A stretch of 64,000 nucleotides of DNA from assembly GCA_045863235.1 (NCBI GenBank), contig BTUM01000026.1, positions 1 to 64,000 on the forward strand, read 5' to 3'. Source of the DNA: Candidatus Xenobia bacterium (GTDB lineage Bacteria > Vulcanimicrobiota > Xenobia > Xenobiales > QWHO01). Positions 29,032-39,669 of this stretch are shown here, in pieces; positions within the stretch are counted from its first letter, which is position 1; each line of letters opens with the position of its first letter. Position numbers and translations under genes: made by a program. Below the pieces are notes generated by a model. That model searched no databases and was not told where the DNA came from. It worked only from the letters and a program-made list of their open reading frames with translations.

Positions 29032-31353
29032 CTAGCGGACTCCCGCCCCTTCCGTCTGGATCCGCAGCAGTCGCTGGTAAGCCGGGCTCGACTCGCGCAG
29101 CTCGGCCATGCGCTCCTCGCCCAGCGCTTCCATGGTGGCGTAGCCACGGGGGAACCCATTGCGGACTTGCTCTTCGATCCGGTAGCGCAGCTGCGGGTTC
29201 TGCTTCACCTCATCCTGCACCCGCGCTCCCACATCCTCCTCGTAGGCCTGGATGCCGCGCAGGAAGCTGCGGGTGACCCGGTTGCGATAGCTGTCGCGCA
29301 GCAATTCGCCCTCGGCCCCCTGGCGGTCGCCGTACTTCTGCTCAGCCAGGGCGCGCGTGTCCAGGGCCAGCGACTCGCGATTCCAGAGCCGATCGAAGTC
29401 GCCGTTCACCTCCTCGAGCTTGGCTGCCGAATCGGGGCCGTCGTCAAAGAAGGTCAGGTCGGACATCTCCCAGTTGTCGCGCAAGCCCTTGTGCGAGAAG
29501 TTGGTGCTGCCGGTGAGCATCATCTTGTCGGTCAGGATCATCTTGGCGTGCACCTTGCGGTCGTGGTCGCCGTCGGTGCGGTCGAGCACCGCCCAGCGCA
29601 CCGGCACGCCTCGATCCTCCAGCATTTTGAAGGATTTCTCGTTGGGCGTGCCGCCGTACTGGTACATCCCCGGATCGAGCACCACCTGCACCTCGAACGG
29701 TTTGCCCTCGGCCTGCATCCGATCGCGCTTGTCCGCGAGCAAGCGCGCCATGTCGGCGTTGAGCACGAAGGCCGACACCTTGACGAACTTGTCGGCCGAG
29801 TCGATGGAGTGCAGGATCAGCGCCTGGCGCTCGGCCGAGGTATCGCCCACGGCCACGGTATCCGCCCCCGTGGCGGCCTCCGAGGGCGGACGCGAGGTCT
29901 GCAGCTTCTGCAGATTGGCCGGAGCGTTCATGCGACCCACCGCTTGCTCGAGCCCGTCGGCGAGCAGGGTGCGACCTTTCTGGGTGAGGGTGACCCCGCC
30001 TCGGCCCTCGAGCAGGAAGGCCCGCTCGTCGGCCGGGCTGACCTTGCCATCCCCATCGGCATCGGGGATCTCAGCCAGCTGGCCGATGGTGACGCCCTGA
30101 TAGCCGGCCGACTCGATGGCCCGGTCGACCCGCTCGGCCTGAGTCATGCCGCCCCGCGGCGGCACCCCCGTCTGGGACTCGAGCAGGTCGAGCAGGCCGC
30201 GCCGCTGCACCTTGACGGGCAGCTCGGAGGTGCGCAGTTCGTCGAGCTGGGTGCCGTAAATTTCCTCCACGCCCCGGCCGGCCGAGAGCTCCACATCGCG
30301 CTGGAATCCCTGGCTCAGTTTGGTGGCGGCCGGCCCTCGAATGGTGGTGGCGAAGTCCACGTTCTCGCTGGAGCTGGCGTTGGAGTTCATGCCCCCGAAG
30401 ACGGTGTCGTCTCCCACCCGCAGCAACTTGCGGTGCATGATCTCGGCCCGGGCCCCCAGAACTTCTTTGTTGGCGAAGAGTTGAACCGCCGCCTGGCCCT
30501 GCGAGCCCACTTCCAGCCGACGGGTCGCGTTCAAGCGCGCCGTCAGGCTGGTGGCGTCGAGCTCCTCGCCCTGCTTGGAGAGCGTGCCGGCGTCGAGCAG
30601 CACGCGAACGTTGGCGCCACCACGAGAGGCGCGCGAGAGCTTCTCGAGCATCTCGGGGCTGGCCATCTCGTAGTACTGGGCCTCCACCTCGACCGGCTGG
30701 CCGTCGCGCACCGGGTTCTTCACCGCCCCGTCGAGCAGCTCCATCTTCTTGTGCCAGATCTCCTGGCGGGTCAGGGCCTCGACCTGATTGCCCTTCAGCT
30801 TGTAGGGTGAATCGGGCTGCTCCAGGCTGCGGGTGATACGGGCCACCTCCTGCATCTCGCCCACCGGCACGTCGCTGTGCTGAAAGTAGGTCTGCTCGAT
30901 GGGGGTCAAATCGCCCCCGCCCGCCTTCTCCCAGCGCATCTGGCGGGTCATCGCCTGCAGGTGCTCGCGCGCGTCCTGGGTCTGGACGAGCTGCTGGTGG
31001 ACCTCGGCGGCCTCGGCCAGGGGGCCGTTCTTGAGCTCCTTGCGGCGAGCCTTCAGATCGCGCAGGGTAAGGCCGTATTCCTTGTCGCGCCTGCGGGCCT
31101 CGGCCAGACTGGGCAGGGCCTCTTCCGGGTCGGGCAGCTGCAGGGCCAGCTCAGGGCTGGGGGTCGGGGCGGCCGGCTGCTCGTTCTCCCAAGGATACTG
31201 GGCGGCAGCGGTGGTGGCCGTCGGGCCCGCTCCCGCCGTAAAAGTATCCCGGGGCCCCTGAGCTTCCGTGGTGATGGGTGCGGTACGCACCGGAGCCGAC
31301 GACTTCAGGGTCGGCAGGAGCGGAGCCAAGCGGGTATCGCCGAGAACGTCCAC
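29032..31353 (-). CDS. phospholipase D superfamily protein, paralog of 21875..24169
   Basis: HRKLLRVGD...GMN and HAKMILTD...GSTNF; EF-hand-like DADGDGKVSPADE insert. Confidence 0.85.
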   Translation of the reverse strand: MDVLGDTRLAPLLPTLKSSAPVRTAPITTEAQGPRDTFTAGAGPTATTAAAQYPWENEQPAAPTPSPELALQLPDPEEALPSLAEARRRDKEYGLTLRDLKARRKELKNGPLAEAAEVHQQLVQTQDAREHLQAMTRQMRWEKAGGGDLTPIEQTYFQHSDVPVGEMQEVARITRSLEQPDSPYKLKGNQVEALTRQEIWHKKMELLDGAVKNPVRDGQPVEVEAQYYEMASPEMLEKLSRASRGGANVRVLLDAGTLSKQGEELDATSLTARLNATRRLEVGSQGQAAVQLFANKEVLGARAEIMHRKLLRVGDDTVFGGMNSNASSSENVDFATTIRGPAATKLSQGFQRDVELSAGRGVEEIYGTQLDELRTSELPVKVQRRGLLDLLESQTGVPPRGGMTQAERVDRAIESAGYQGVTIGQLAEIPDADGDGKVSPADERAFLLEGRGGVTLTQKGRTLLADGLEQAVGRMNAPANLQKLQTSRPPSEAATGADTVAVGDTSAERQALILHSIDSADKFVKVSAFVLNADMARLLADKRDRMQAEGKPFEVQVVLDPGMYQYGGTPNEKSFKMLEDRGVPVRWAVLDRTDGDHDRKVHAKMILTDKMMLTGSTNFSHKGLRDNWEMSDLTFFDDGPDSAAKLEEVNGDFDRLWNRESLALDTRALAEQKYGDRQGAEGELLRDSYRNRVTRSFLRGIQAYEEDVGARVQDEVKQNPQLRYRIEEQVRNGFPRGYATMEALGEERMAELRESSPAYQRLLRIQTEGAGVR

Positions 31354-31387
31354 TGTCCTTGCTTATCACGCAGCAAGGCCGGGGCGT

Positions 31388-32314
31388 CTACCCTGGCCTG
31401 AGTGAGCGAGCGACAGGCTCGAACACGTGCTCGGCCAGCACGATGATCAGAGCGCCCAGCAACAGCCCGAATGCACCCGAGATGCTTGCGCCGGTCAACC
31501 AGCCCAGCAGACCATGGGCGTGCGTGAAATGCGCCAGCCCGGTCAGGCCGAATTCCCCGAGCCCGTGAATCACGATACCCCCGCCCACCCAGAGCATCGC
31601 CGCCGTGCCCACCAACCCGAGCAGCGCCAGGAAACGCGGAATGACCGCGACGATCAGCCGACCGAGCGAGCCCACCGGCCCGGAGTGGGCTCGCGCCATG
31701 GCCGCGCCGGCGTCATCGGCCTTCACGATGATGGCCACCGCGCCATACACCAGGGCGGTAATGCCGATCGCCACCGCCGCCAGCACCACAGCCTGCATGA
31801 CGATGGAAGAACTCGATACGGTGGCCAGCGAGATGGCCATGATCTCGGCCGACAGGATGAAGTCGGTCCGAATCGCGCCCGCGACCCGGGCATCCTCCAG
31901 TGCCTGCGGCTCGGTGGGCGCGGCGCCAAACTTCTCCTCGTGGTGGTGGGCGGCGTGAGGGCTGACCATCTCCCAGGCCTTCTCGGCGCCTTCGTAGCAA
32001 AGAAAAGCGCCACCGAGCACCAGGAGCGGAGTGATGAGGCCGGGCGCGAAGGCGCTGAGCGCGAGCGCGGCCGGGAGCAGAATGAGCAGCTTGTTGCGCA
32101 GTGAGCCAACGGCGATGCGCTTGATGATTGGAATCTCGCGCGCGGCCGCGAAACCGACCACGTAGCGCGGCGTGACGGCGGCATCGTCGATCACCACGCC
32201 AGCTGCCTTAGCGCTGGCCTTGGCAGCCTGGGCGGCGACATCGTCGAGCGAAGCCGCCGCGATCTTGGCGATGGCCGCGATGTCGTCGAGCAGAGCCAGA
32301 AGACCGGTCGCCAA
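31388..32314 (-). CDS. DUF808 (YedI-like) inner membrane protein
   Basis: LLALLDDIA, KAAGVVIDD, GAIRTDFILSAEI, GTAAMLWVGGGI. Confidence 0.9.
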   Translation of the reverse strand: MATGLLALLDDIAAIAKIAAASLDDVAAQAAKASAKAAGVVIDDAAVTPRYVVGFAAAREIPIIKRIAVGSLRNKLLILLPAALALSAFAPGLITPLLVLGGAFLCYEGAEKAWEMVSPHAAHHHEEKFGAAPTEPQALEDARVAGAIRTDFILSAEIMAISLATVSSSSIVMQAVVLAAVAIGITALVYGAVAIIVKADDAGAAMARAHSGPVGSLGRLIVAVIPRFLALLGLVGTAAMLWVGGGIVIHGLGEFGLTGLAHFTHAHGLLGWLTGASISGAFGLLLGALIIVLAEHVFEPVARSLRPG

Positions 32315-32552
32315 GGCTCAGCGCGCTCTCCCCAGCGTCAGGAGGACCTGGGGGACTGCAGAAACTGCGCTCAACGCGTCTTTCGGGGGATCATCCACCA
32401 GCACTTCATATGACGCTCGGGGTCGGGAACCTCTACCTGGAGCCGATCAAAAACTGTTTACATGCCGGCAACCCGACTGTTACAAAGCTCCCCTTAACCT
32501 CCCCCGATTCTCCGTGAAAACACGATCAAAGCCCTCAGGGAAGGACCATGCC

Positions 32553-34010
32553 ATGACCAACGCAGTGGGAGCGCCTCAGGCCCAGAACTTCGTCGCCATC
32601 AACCCCGAGCAGCAGCTCAGGGTGCAGCAGGCCACCGTGCAGGCCAACGGACCCACCCAGGGCGACCCCTGGTCGGGAGTGCAGGCCCGCCGTGCCGCCG
32701 ACGAGCGCCATGACGCCTACCGTGGCATCGTAGGCAACCAGGCCAACGGCCAGACCGCACCCACCAACGCTCCGGCCAGCAAGGGCGCGCTGATGGACAA
32801 GCCCATCGGCCAGATGACCGACGAGGAGCTCAAGCAGGTCTTCGGCAGTGACGCCGACCGCATGAAGGCGCTGGGTGCCAAGCAACCGAACCTGACGGCC
32901 GGCATGCTCCAGCCGCTGCGTAAGGATCCGCAGGGCCTGGACAGCGTGGTGACGATGCTCACCGAGCGCCCCGACCTCAAGTTCGAGGACCTGGTCACCA
33001 AGGACCAGAAGGGCAACATGAACATCAACGGCACCATCCGCGACGAGCGCTCGCGCGAGCTGATGCTGCAGCGCACCGACATCAAGCCGGCCGCCCTCTC
33101 GAGCATGGCCGGCAGCTTCGCCCAGACCCTCAAGCAGCCGGCCCTGGTCAAGGAGGCCTACAATACCTCCCTCGAGCTCTTGAAGACCCGCACCGACGTG
33201 TCCCCGCAGGACCTGGGAGCCTTGATGGGCCGAATGTCCAAGGGCGTCAACCAGAACTCGGCTGGCGGCGGTCAGGAGGGCGGTGGGATGAACGCCGCTG
33301 CCACGCTGGACATGTTCAAGACGGGTGCCCGGCTGATGACCACCCGCCACGACATCGGCGTACAGGACGTGGGCCGGATGTCAGACGCCGTCGCCCAGCT
33401 CGGCGGCAAGAAAGATGACCAGTCGGGCATGAAGATCGCCAACGCCTTCTCACAGGGCGCTGACTTCTTGATCAGCCGCCCCGGCTCGAGCGTCAACGAC
33501 GTGGTCAACCTGGCCGGCACCATCAAGCAGCGCGTTCCCGGCCAGGAGGGAGCTGACGCCGACAACCGGTTCGCCCTGTTCGGCCAGAGCATGCAGCTGA
33601 TGAAGGACATGCCCCAGATGAACGCCGATGGAGTGGCTGCCCTGATCGAGAAGTCGAGCGAGGGCCCGCCGCCGCGCCAGGGCCAGGATCTGGTCAACGC
33701 CTTCAACACCCAGTCCACCAACCTGCTCAACGGGCGGGCCAACGTGGGGCTGGCCACCGACCGCCTGCACCGGCCCGACGCCCAGGGCCAGCGCCGTCAG
33801 GACGGCGAGATCTTGATGGACAAGAATGGACGCGAGAAGGGGGCCACCGGCCCCGCGCTGACGGCCCAGCAGGCTGGCACCGTCAACCAGCCGGTGGCCA
33901 ACGTGCCCGGGCGCAACGGCAATCAGTGGGCCGACAACGGCGTGGTCGACCGGCGTTTTGCGGCGGTGCAGCAGCCGCCCGCTCAGACCTCGTTCAACGC
34001 CCTGGCTTAG
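32553..34010 (+). CDS. hypothetical helical-repeat protein with disordered termini
   Basis: Strong GC3 codon bias; GGAAGGA upstream; recurring L..R.D(I/V)...D(L/V) units. Confidence 0.8.
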   Translation: MTNAVGAPQAQNFVAINPEQQLRVQQATVQANGPTQGDPWSGVQARRAADERHDAYRGIVGNQANGQTAPTNAPASKGALMDKPIGQMTDEELKQVFGSDADRMKALGAKQPNLTAGMLQPLRKDPQGLDSVVTMLTERPDLKFEDLVTKDQKGNMNINGTIRDERSRELMLQRTDIKPAALSSMAGSFAQTLKQPALVKEAYNTSLELLKTRTDVSPQDLGALMGRMSKGVNQNSAGGGQEGGGMNAAATLDMFKTGARLMTTRHDIGVQDVGRMSDAVAQLGGKKDDQSGMKIANAFSQGADFLISRPGSSVNDVVNLAGTIKQRVPGQEGADADNRFALFGQSMQLMKDMPQMNADGVAALIEKSSEGPPPRQGQDLVNAFNTQSTNLLNGRANVGLATDRLHRPDAQGQRRQDGEILMDKNGREKGATGPALTAQQAGTVNQPVANVPGRNGNQWADNGVVDRRFAAVQQPPAQTSFNALA

Positions 34011-34456
34011 GCCGCCGCGCTCTCCAGCTCAGAAGTGCACTGAGGGCAACGCGTGGCCTTCTTGGAAACGTTCGAAATGCAGAAGGGGCATTCGCGCGTG
34101 TCGGGAGGGGGCGGCTCGACCGGCTTTTGACGGCGCATCCGCTCGATCGACTTGACCATGAAGAACACGGCCAGGGCCACGATCAAAAACTGGATCAGCG
34201 CATTGATGAAGACCCCGTAGTTGATGGTGGCGGCGCCCGCCTTCTGGGCCTCGGCCAGGGTTGGATAGGTGGTATCTCCCAGCGTGATGAAGAGGTTGGT
34301 GAAGTCCACCCCGCCCAGCGCTTTGCCGATGGGGGGCATGAGGATGTCCTTGACCAGCGAGTCGACGATCTTGCCGAAGGCGCCGCCGATCATCACGCCC
34401 ACCGCCATGTCCACCACGTTGCCGCGGTTGAGAAAATCACGAAATTCTTTCCACAT
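34007..34456 (-). CDS. mscL: large-conductance mechanosensitive channel with C-terminal zinc ribbon
   Basis: EFRDFLNRGNVVDMAVGVMIGGAFGKIVDSLVKDILMP; INYGVFINALIQF; CPFC...CPQC. Confidence 0.95.
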   Translation of the reverse strand: MWKEFRDFLNRGNVVDMAVGVMIGGAFGKIVDSLVKDILMPPIGKALGGVDFTNLFITLGDTTYPTLAEAQKAGAATINYGVFINALIQFLIVALAVFFMVKSIERMRRQKPVEPPPPDTRECPFCISNVSKKATRCPQCTSELESAAA

Positions 34457-34482
34457 GAGGCGGCCGGTTCGTCCGTGCGGCG

Positions 34483-35292
34483 TCAGTGCCCTCCGAGCAG
34501 GGCCAGAACGATCTCGAGCGCGATCAAAGCGATGATGGTGAGCTCGAGCACCGCCGAGCGGCGGGTGTTGGCCAGGTCGACCAGAACCTCGGCCGACTCG
34601 TGGATCAGCCTCAGCTTGTACTCCAGCGTGCGAAAGCGCGACTGCAGCTCGAAGTTGGCGCGCAGCTCGTTGAACAGGAGATCCAGGCCCGGATCCTCCC
34701 AGACGATGTCGGGCGAGTCGAGAATGGAGAGGCGGCTCACGATGTCTCGCCGGGTCGAAAGGCCCACCCCGATGTAGCGCAACATCTCGCCGCTCTTGAG
34801 ACGCCGCCAGCTCCCGCTGGCCATGGAGTCGGCCACCACCGAGGCCTGGTCGAGCAGCTTCTCGACCGACTTCTCGAAGTGCTCCAGCGTGGTGGACTGG
34901 GCCAGCACCAGGGCCGCCAGCTTCAGCTTGGCGGGGGTGATCTGCTGCAAGACCATGCGGTCGAAAGCGACCCGCTCCTTGCCGTCCGGCTGCAGCTCCA
35001 CCAGGAAGTCGTCGGTTGCCTGATCGCAGGGCCCTTCGGCCAGGGGCAAGAGCTCCTTCACAAAGATCGGGATCTGGGCCGCATCCACGTCCACGAACAC
35101 GGCTGAGCCGAAGCTGAACAGGTAGACCCGCCCCTGGCCCAGGCTCAGGCACAGGTCCGACTTGCCCGCCTCCAGCACGCGATCGACGAAGGCTCGCGAG
35201 CACTTCTCGATGGGCAGGGTACGCGCGAGGTGCACCGACTCCATGCGCAGCTGGCGGCCCGAAGCGGCGGGGTGACTCGACAGGACATCCAT
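34483..35292 (-). CDS. RMD1/DUF155 (YagE-like) protein
   Basis: FSFGSAVF, LAQSTTLEHFE, ILDSPDIVWE, FELQSRF..LEYKL, LELTIIALIALEI. Confidence 0.9.
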   Translation of the reverse strand: MDVLSSHPAASGRQLRMESVHLARTLPIEKCSRAFVDRVLEAGKSDLCLSLGQGRVYLFSFGSAVFVDVDAAQIPIFVKELLPLAEGPCDQATDDFLVELQPDGKERVAFDRMVLQQITPAKLKLAALVLAQSTTLEHFEKSVEKLLDQASVVADSMASGSWRRLKSGEMLRYIGVGLSTRRDIVSRLSILDSPDIVWEDPGLDLLFNELRANFELQSRFRTLEYKLRLIHESAEVLVDLANTRRSAVLELTIIALIALEIVLALLGGH

Positions 35293-35462
35293 GCCCCCAT
35301 GGTAGCCTGTCGCAGGCCAATCGCGCAAGCGATGACGAACCTCAGCGAGCAATTCGGGCGGCCGGGGCCCTGGTCTTCAGACTGCACCGTGTTGGCCGGA
35401 TTCCCGACAGCTGATCTCGATCATCGTCCTCCCAGACCTCGTGGGGCTAGACTGATGGCAAG

Positions 35463-36491
35463 ATGAAGCTCACCGTTTCCGGGGGCAACGACATCAGCGA
35501 AGGGGCCGTATTGATGGCCCTGCTGGGCTGGATCTTCCTGGGGGGCACGCTGTTCGTCGGGTCCGCCCTGACGGTCTTCTATCCGCTGTTCGAGGGATGG
35601 GGCGTGCTGGTGGCAGTACTGCTGGTGGCCGTCCTGGGCGGCGCGCTGCAAAGCCGAATGAGCTCGGTGGGCCTCGAGGTCCAGGGGCGCACCCTGCGGC
35701 GGCGGGCCGGCCTGACGGGCGAGAATACCCTGCAGATCAGTGCGGACGATCAGGTGGAGATCACCTCCTCCCAGCGGGAGTACCGAGACGCCCGGGGGAA
35801 CCGCCACACGGTCGAGGTGTGGGCGGTGGGTCTTCAGGGCAGCGAGCTGTTCGTGAAGCAAGACGCCTACTTCGAAGCGCGCACGGTGGCCGAGAAGCTG
35901 GCCCGGAGCCTGCGCATCCCCCTGACCGACCGCACCGGGGACCAGCAGGGAACCCTGCCTCCCGAGGACCTGGATCTTCCCCTGCCCGACCGGCTGGCCC
36001 GCTATCCCGAGTTGCGCCTCCCCCACGTCGACCTTCCCTGCGATGTGTCCATGGAAGAAGCTCCCGACGGGAGCTTCCACTGGAGGCCCCCACTGACTCT
36101 GGCCCTGGGAGCCGCGGTGTTGGCCTGCGCCATCCTGTGGCTCTTGGGAACGGGACTGGACTGGCCTTCTCTTCCTATGACCGGCATCTCGGTCGCCCTG
36201 TTGATCCTGGCCCCCAGCGTCCGGTTCAGCCTGAAGGCAGAGCCCCAGCGGGTGGTCTATCGCACCCATGTGCTGGGCCTGCCCTTGTTGCGAGAGGGCC
36301 TGGCCCGGACCGAGCTGGAGGAGCTCCGGCTGCGCCCCCGTCGATCCCTGTGGGGTGGATCCGAGCTGCTCTTGATTTCGGACCGTCACGTCATCGCGCT
36401 CAGAACCTGGTCCGGCGCCAGCGAGGAAGGTGCCCTGGGCTGGCTGGGCTTCCAGCTCCAGGAGAGGCTCCTCAAAGGTTCGACAGGCTAG
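35463..36491 (+). CDS. membrane protein with two 2TM + PH-like modules
   Basis: Two pairs of TM helices, each followed by a beta-rich soluble segment. Confidence 0.65.
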   Translation: MKLTVSGGNDISEGAVLMALLGWIFLGGTLFVGSALTVFYPLFEGWGVLVAVLLVAVLGGALQSRMSSVGLEVQGRTLRRRAGLTGENTLQISADDQVEITSSQREYRDARGNRHTVEVWAVGLQGSELFVKQDAYFEARTVAEKLARSLRIPLTDRTGDQQGTLPPEDLDLPLPDRLARYPELRLPHVDLPCDVSMEEAPDGSFHWRPPLTLALGAAVLACAILWLLGTGLDWPSLPMTGISVALLILAPSVRFSLKAEPQRVVYRTHVLGLPLLREGLARTELEELRLRPRRSLWGGSELLLISDRHVIALRTWSGASEEGALGWLGFQLQERLLKGSTG

Positions 36492-36735
36492 TGTAGGCCG
36501 AATCGCCTGGACACGGAGCGGCAGCGCCGAGTGCGCAGGAGGGTGGAGCCTTCGCGCTGTGCGCATGCGCACCCAGTCAGCGACACACGGGAACGTGTGC
36601 TCGATCCGGGGATTGCGCCCCCAGCAGTCAGGTTGGCTTACGGCTCCACCAGACCGACCGCCCTCGACTCGTTCCACCCGGCGATGACCTCCCAACAGGG
36701 GTCTCGGCGCCCGAACGTAGAAGGCACCTGACCTT

Positions 36736-37534
<799 letters not shown>

Positions 37535-37542
<8 letters not shown>

Positions 37543-38554
37543 GCTGGCCCGGCGCACGCTGGAGCTGGTCTCGATTCCCAGCGTGACCCGCGAGGAAGGC
37601 GAACTGTGCCGCTACGTCCAGGAGTGGGCGGGAGTGGAGCCGGTGTGGCGCTGCAACTTGATCCTGCAGAGCGAGTCGCGCGGCCGTCCTCGGGTGGGGC
37701 TGTTCGGCCATCTGGACACGGTGCTACCCTCCTCCGACCAGCCCCTCGGTATCATCGAAGGACAGGTCTACGGCTGCGGCGCCAGCGACATGAAGGCCGG
37801 GCTGGCTTTCATGATGGCGGCCTGGGAGCGGCGCGAAGAATGGTCTTGCGACCTGGTGGCGGTGTTCTATGACCGCGAGGAGGGTCCGAGCGAGGAGAAC
37901 GGGCTGGAGTTCATCCTAGACCGCGTGCCCCCACTCGACCTGGCGGTGGTGCTCGAGCCCACCGCCAACCAGGTGCAGAAGGGATGCGTGGGATCGCTGC
38001 ACGCCCGGGTCAGCGTGGCCGGAAAGCGAGCCCACTCGGCCCGCCCCTGGCAGGGCGAGAACGCGCTGTACAAGGCCCTGCCCTTGCTGGAGAAGCTGCG
38101 CTCGGTAGGGGTGCGCGAGGTGGAGGTGGGGGGGCTGATCTTCCGCGAGGTGGTCACGCCCACCACTGCCGCCACCGTCAACTCACGCAACGTGGTGCCT
38201 GACCATTTCGAGCTGAACGTGAACTATCGCTTCGCACCCGGAAAGTCCCCCGTTCAGGCCGAGGAAGAGTTGCGCTCGCTGGTGGGCGATCTGGGCCGGG
38301 TGGAAGTGTTGGACGTCGCTCCCTCGGGCCGGGTGGCCTCCCACCCGCTCCTGGAGAGCTGGATCGCCGCCTTCGGCCTGAAGGTCGAGCCCAAACAGGC
38401 CTGGACCGACGTGGCCCGACTCAGCGAGCGGGGCATCCCGGCCGTCAACTTCGGGCCCGGCGACCCGGCCCAGGCTCACCAGGCCCGCGAGCACGTGAGC
38501 GTAGCCGCGCTGGAGCAGGGGTGGCCGTTGTTGGAAAGGCTGCTGCGGTCATGA
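37535..38554 (+). CDS. dapE: succinyl-diaminopimelate desuccinylase (M20)
   Basis: GHLDTV, GCGASDMKAG, FYDREE, AHSARPW, AWTDVA, NFGPG..AH; follows dapD. Confidence 0.92.
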
Positions 38555-39669
38555 ACCCGCGCCTGACCACCCTCGAGCCCTCCCTGATCCGTGAGCTGAA
38601 CGCGCGCAAGCGTCCGGGCGATCTCGACCTGGGGCTGGGCGAGCCGGTGCTCCCCCCCGACCAGCGCGCCCTGGACGCGGGCCTGCGCTGGCTGGCCGAG
38701 AACGGATGCCGTTACTCCCCCAACCTGGGCTTCCCCGAGGTCCGCGCCGCCGTGGGAGCTTACCTGGGGCGCCCGGCTGAGGAGATCTGCCTGACCAACG
38801 GCTCGCAGCAGGCTCTGCACCTTGCCATGGTGACCGCCCTCGACCCGGAGCGAGACGAGGTGCTGGTGATCGAGCCGGGCTACCCGGCCTACGCCAAGAT
38901 CGCCCAGATGCTCGGTCTTGCGGTGCGCACGGTGGGGCTCGATCCCGAGCGGCACTTCGCCCCTGAGGCAGCTCGCGTGCTGAATGCGCTGCGCCCCGAG
39001 ACGCGGCTGGTGGTGCTGGCCAGCCCCAACAATCCCACCGCCCGCATCTGGCCCGCCAACGAGCTCCAGGAACTGTGCGCCGGGCTGGGTGAGCGGTGGC
39101 TGGTGTTCGACGAGGTTTACCGTGAGCTTTACTACACCCCCGAGCCCCCGCCCCGTCCGAGCCACCAGCGCGCGCTGCTGGTGGGCGGTCTGTCCAAGTG
39201 CGCCTCGCTGACGGGGCTGCGGATGGGCTGGCTGGGCGCTCCGACCGAGCTGATGCCCCTGGTGCTGCGGGCCCACCAGCTCATCACCACGGCCGCCAGC
39301 ACCTTCGCCCAGCAGGTGGCCCTGGAGCTTCTGACCCACCGACGCCTGGGCGATCAGCGTCCGCTCTACCGCGAGCGGCTGGACACGCTGCTGGAGGCTC
39401 TGCGGGCCACCGGGCTGGAGTTCGTGGAGCCGGAGGGGGCTTTCTACTGCCTGGTGCGGGTGGGCCGCCCGTCGCTTGCGGCCGCCCTGGAGTTGCTGGA
39501 GCAAGAGCGCGTGGTCACCGTTCCGGGCGTTGCCTTCGGGGCCGAGGGCTGGCTGCGGCTCTCCTGGGCCGGCCCCGCCGAGGATGTGCGCGAGGGGGTG
39601 GCGCGGCTGGCGCGATGGACTACCGGAGCTCGACCCGCAGACGGCCCGGGGCCCTCAGGGGATCTTTAG
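38551..39669 (+). CDS. class I/II PLP aminotransferase (probable DapC-like)
   Basis: LGLGEP, SPNNPTA, DEVY, LSKCASLTGLRMGW, PEGAFY; operon context. Confidence 0.85.
   Translation: MNPRLTTLEPSLIRELNARKRPGDLDLGLGEPVLPPDQRALDAGLRWLAENGCRYSPNLGFPEVRAAVGAYLGRPAEEICLTNGSQQALHLAMVTALDPERDEVLVIEPGYPAYAKIAQMLGLAVRTVGLDPERHFAPEAARVLNALRPETRLVVLASPNNPTARIWPANELQELCAGLGERWLVFDEVYRELYYTPEPPPRPSHQRALLVGGLSKCASLTGLRMGWLGAPTELMPLVLRAHQLITTAASTFAQQVALELLTHRRLGDQRPLYRERLDTLLEALRATGLEFVEPEGAFYCLVRVGRPSLAAALELLEQERVVTVPGVAFGAEGWLRLSWAGPAEDVREGVARLARWTTGARPADGPGPSGDL

Noticed and set aside
34007..34100. Zinc ribbon on MscL as a novelty
   Set aside because: MscL proteins with a C-terminal CxxC...CxxC extension are already familiar from many bacteria.
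36630..36652. GGCTCCACCA as a tRNA-Ala/tmRNA 3' end or att site
   Set aside because: No T-arm (GGTTCGA.TCC) precedes it, no cloverleaf can be formed, and no integrase is nearby.
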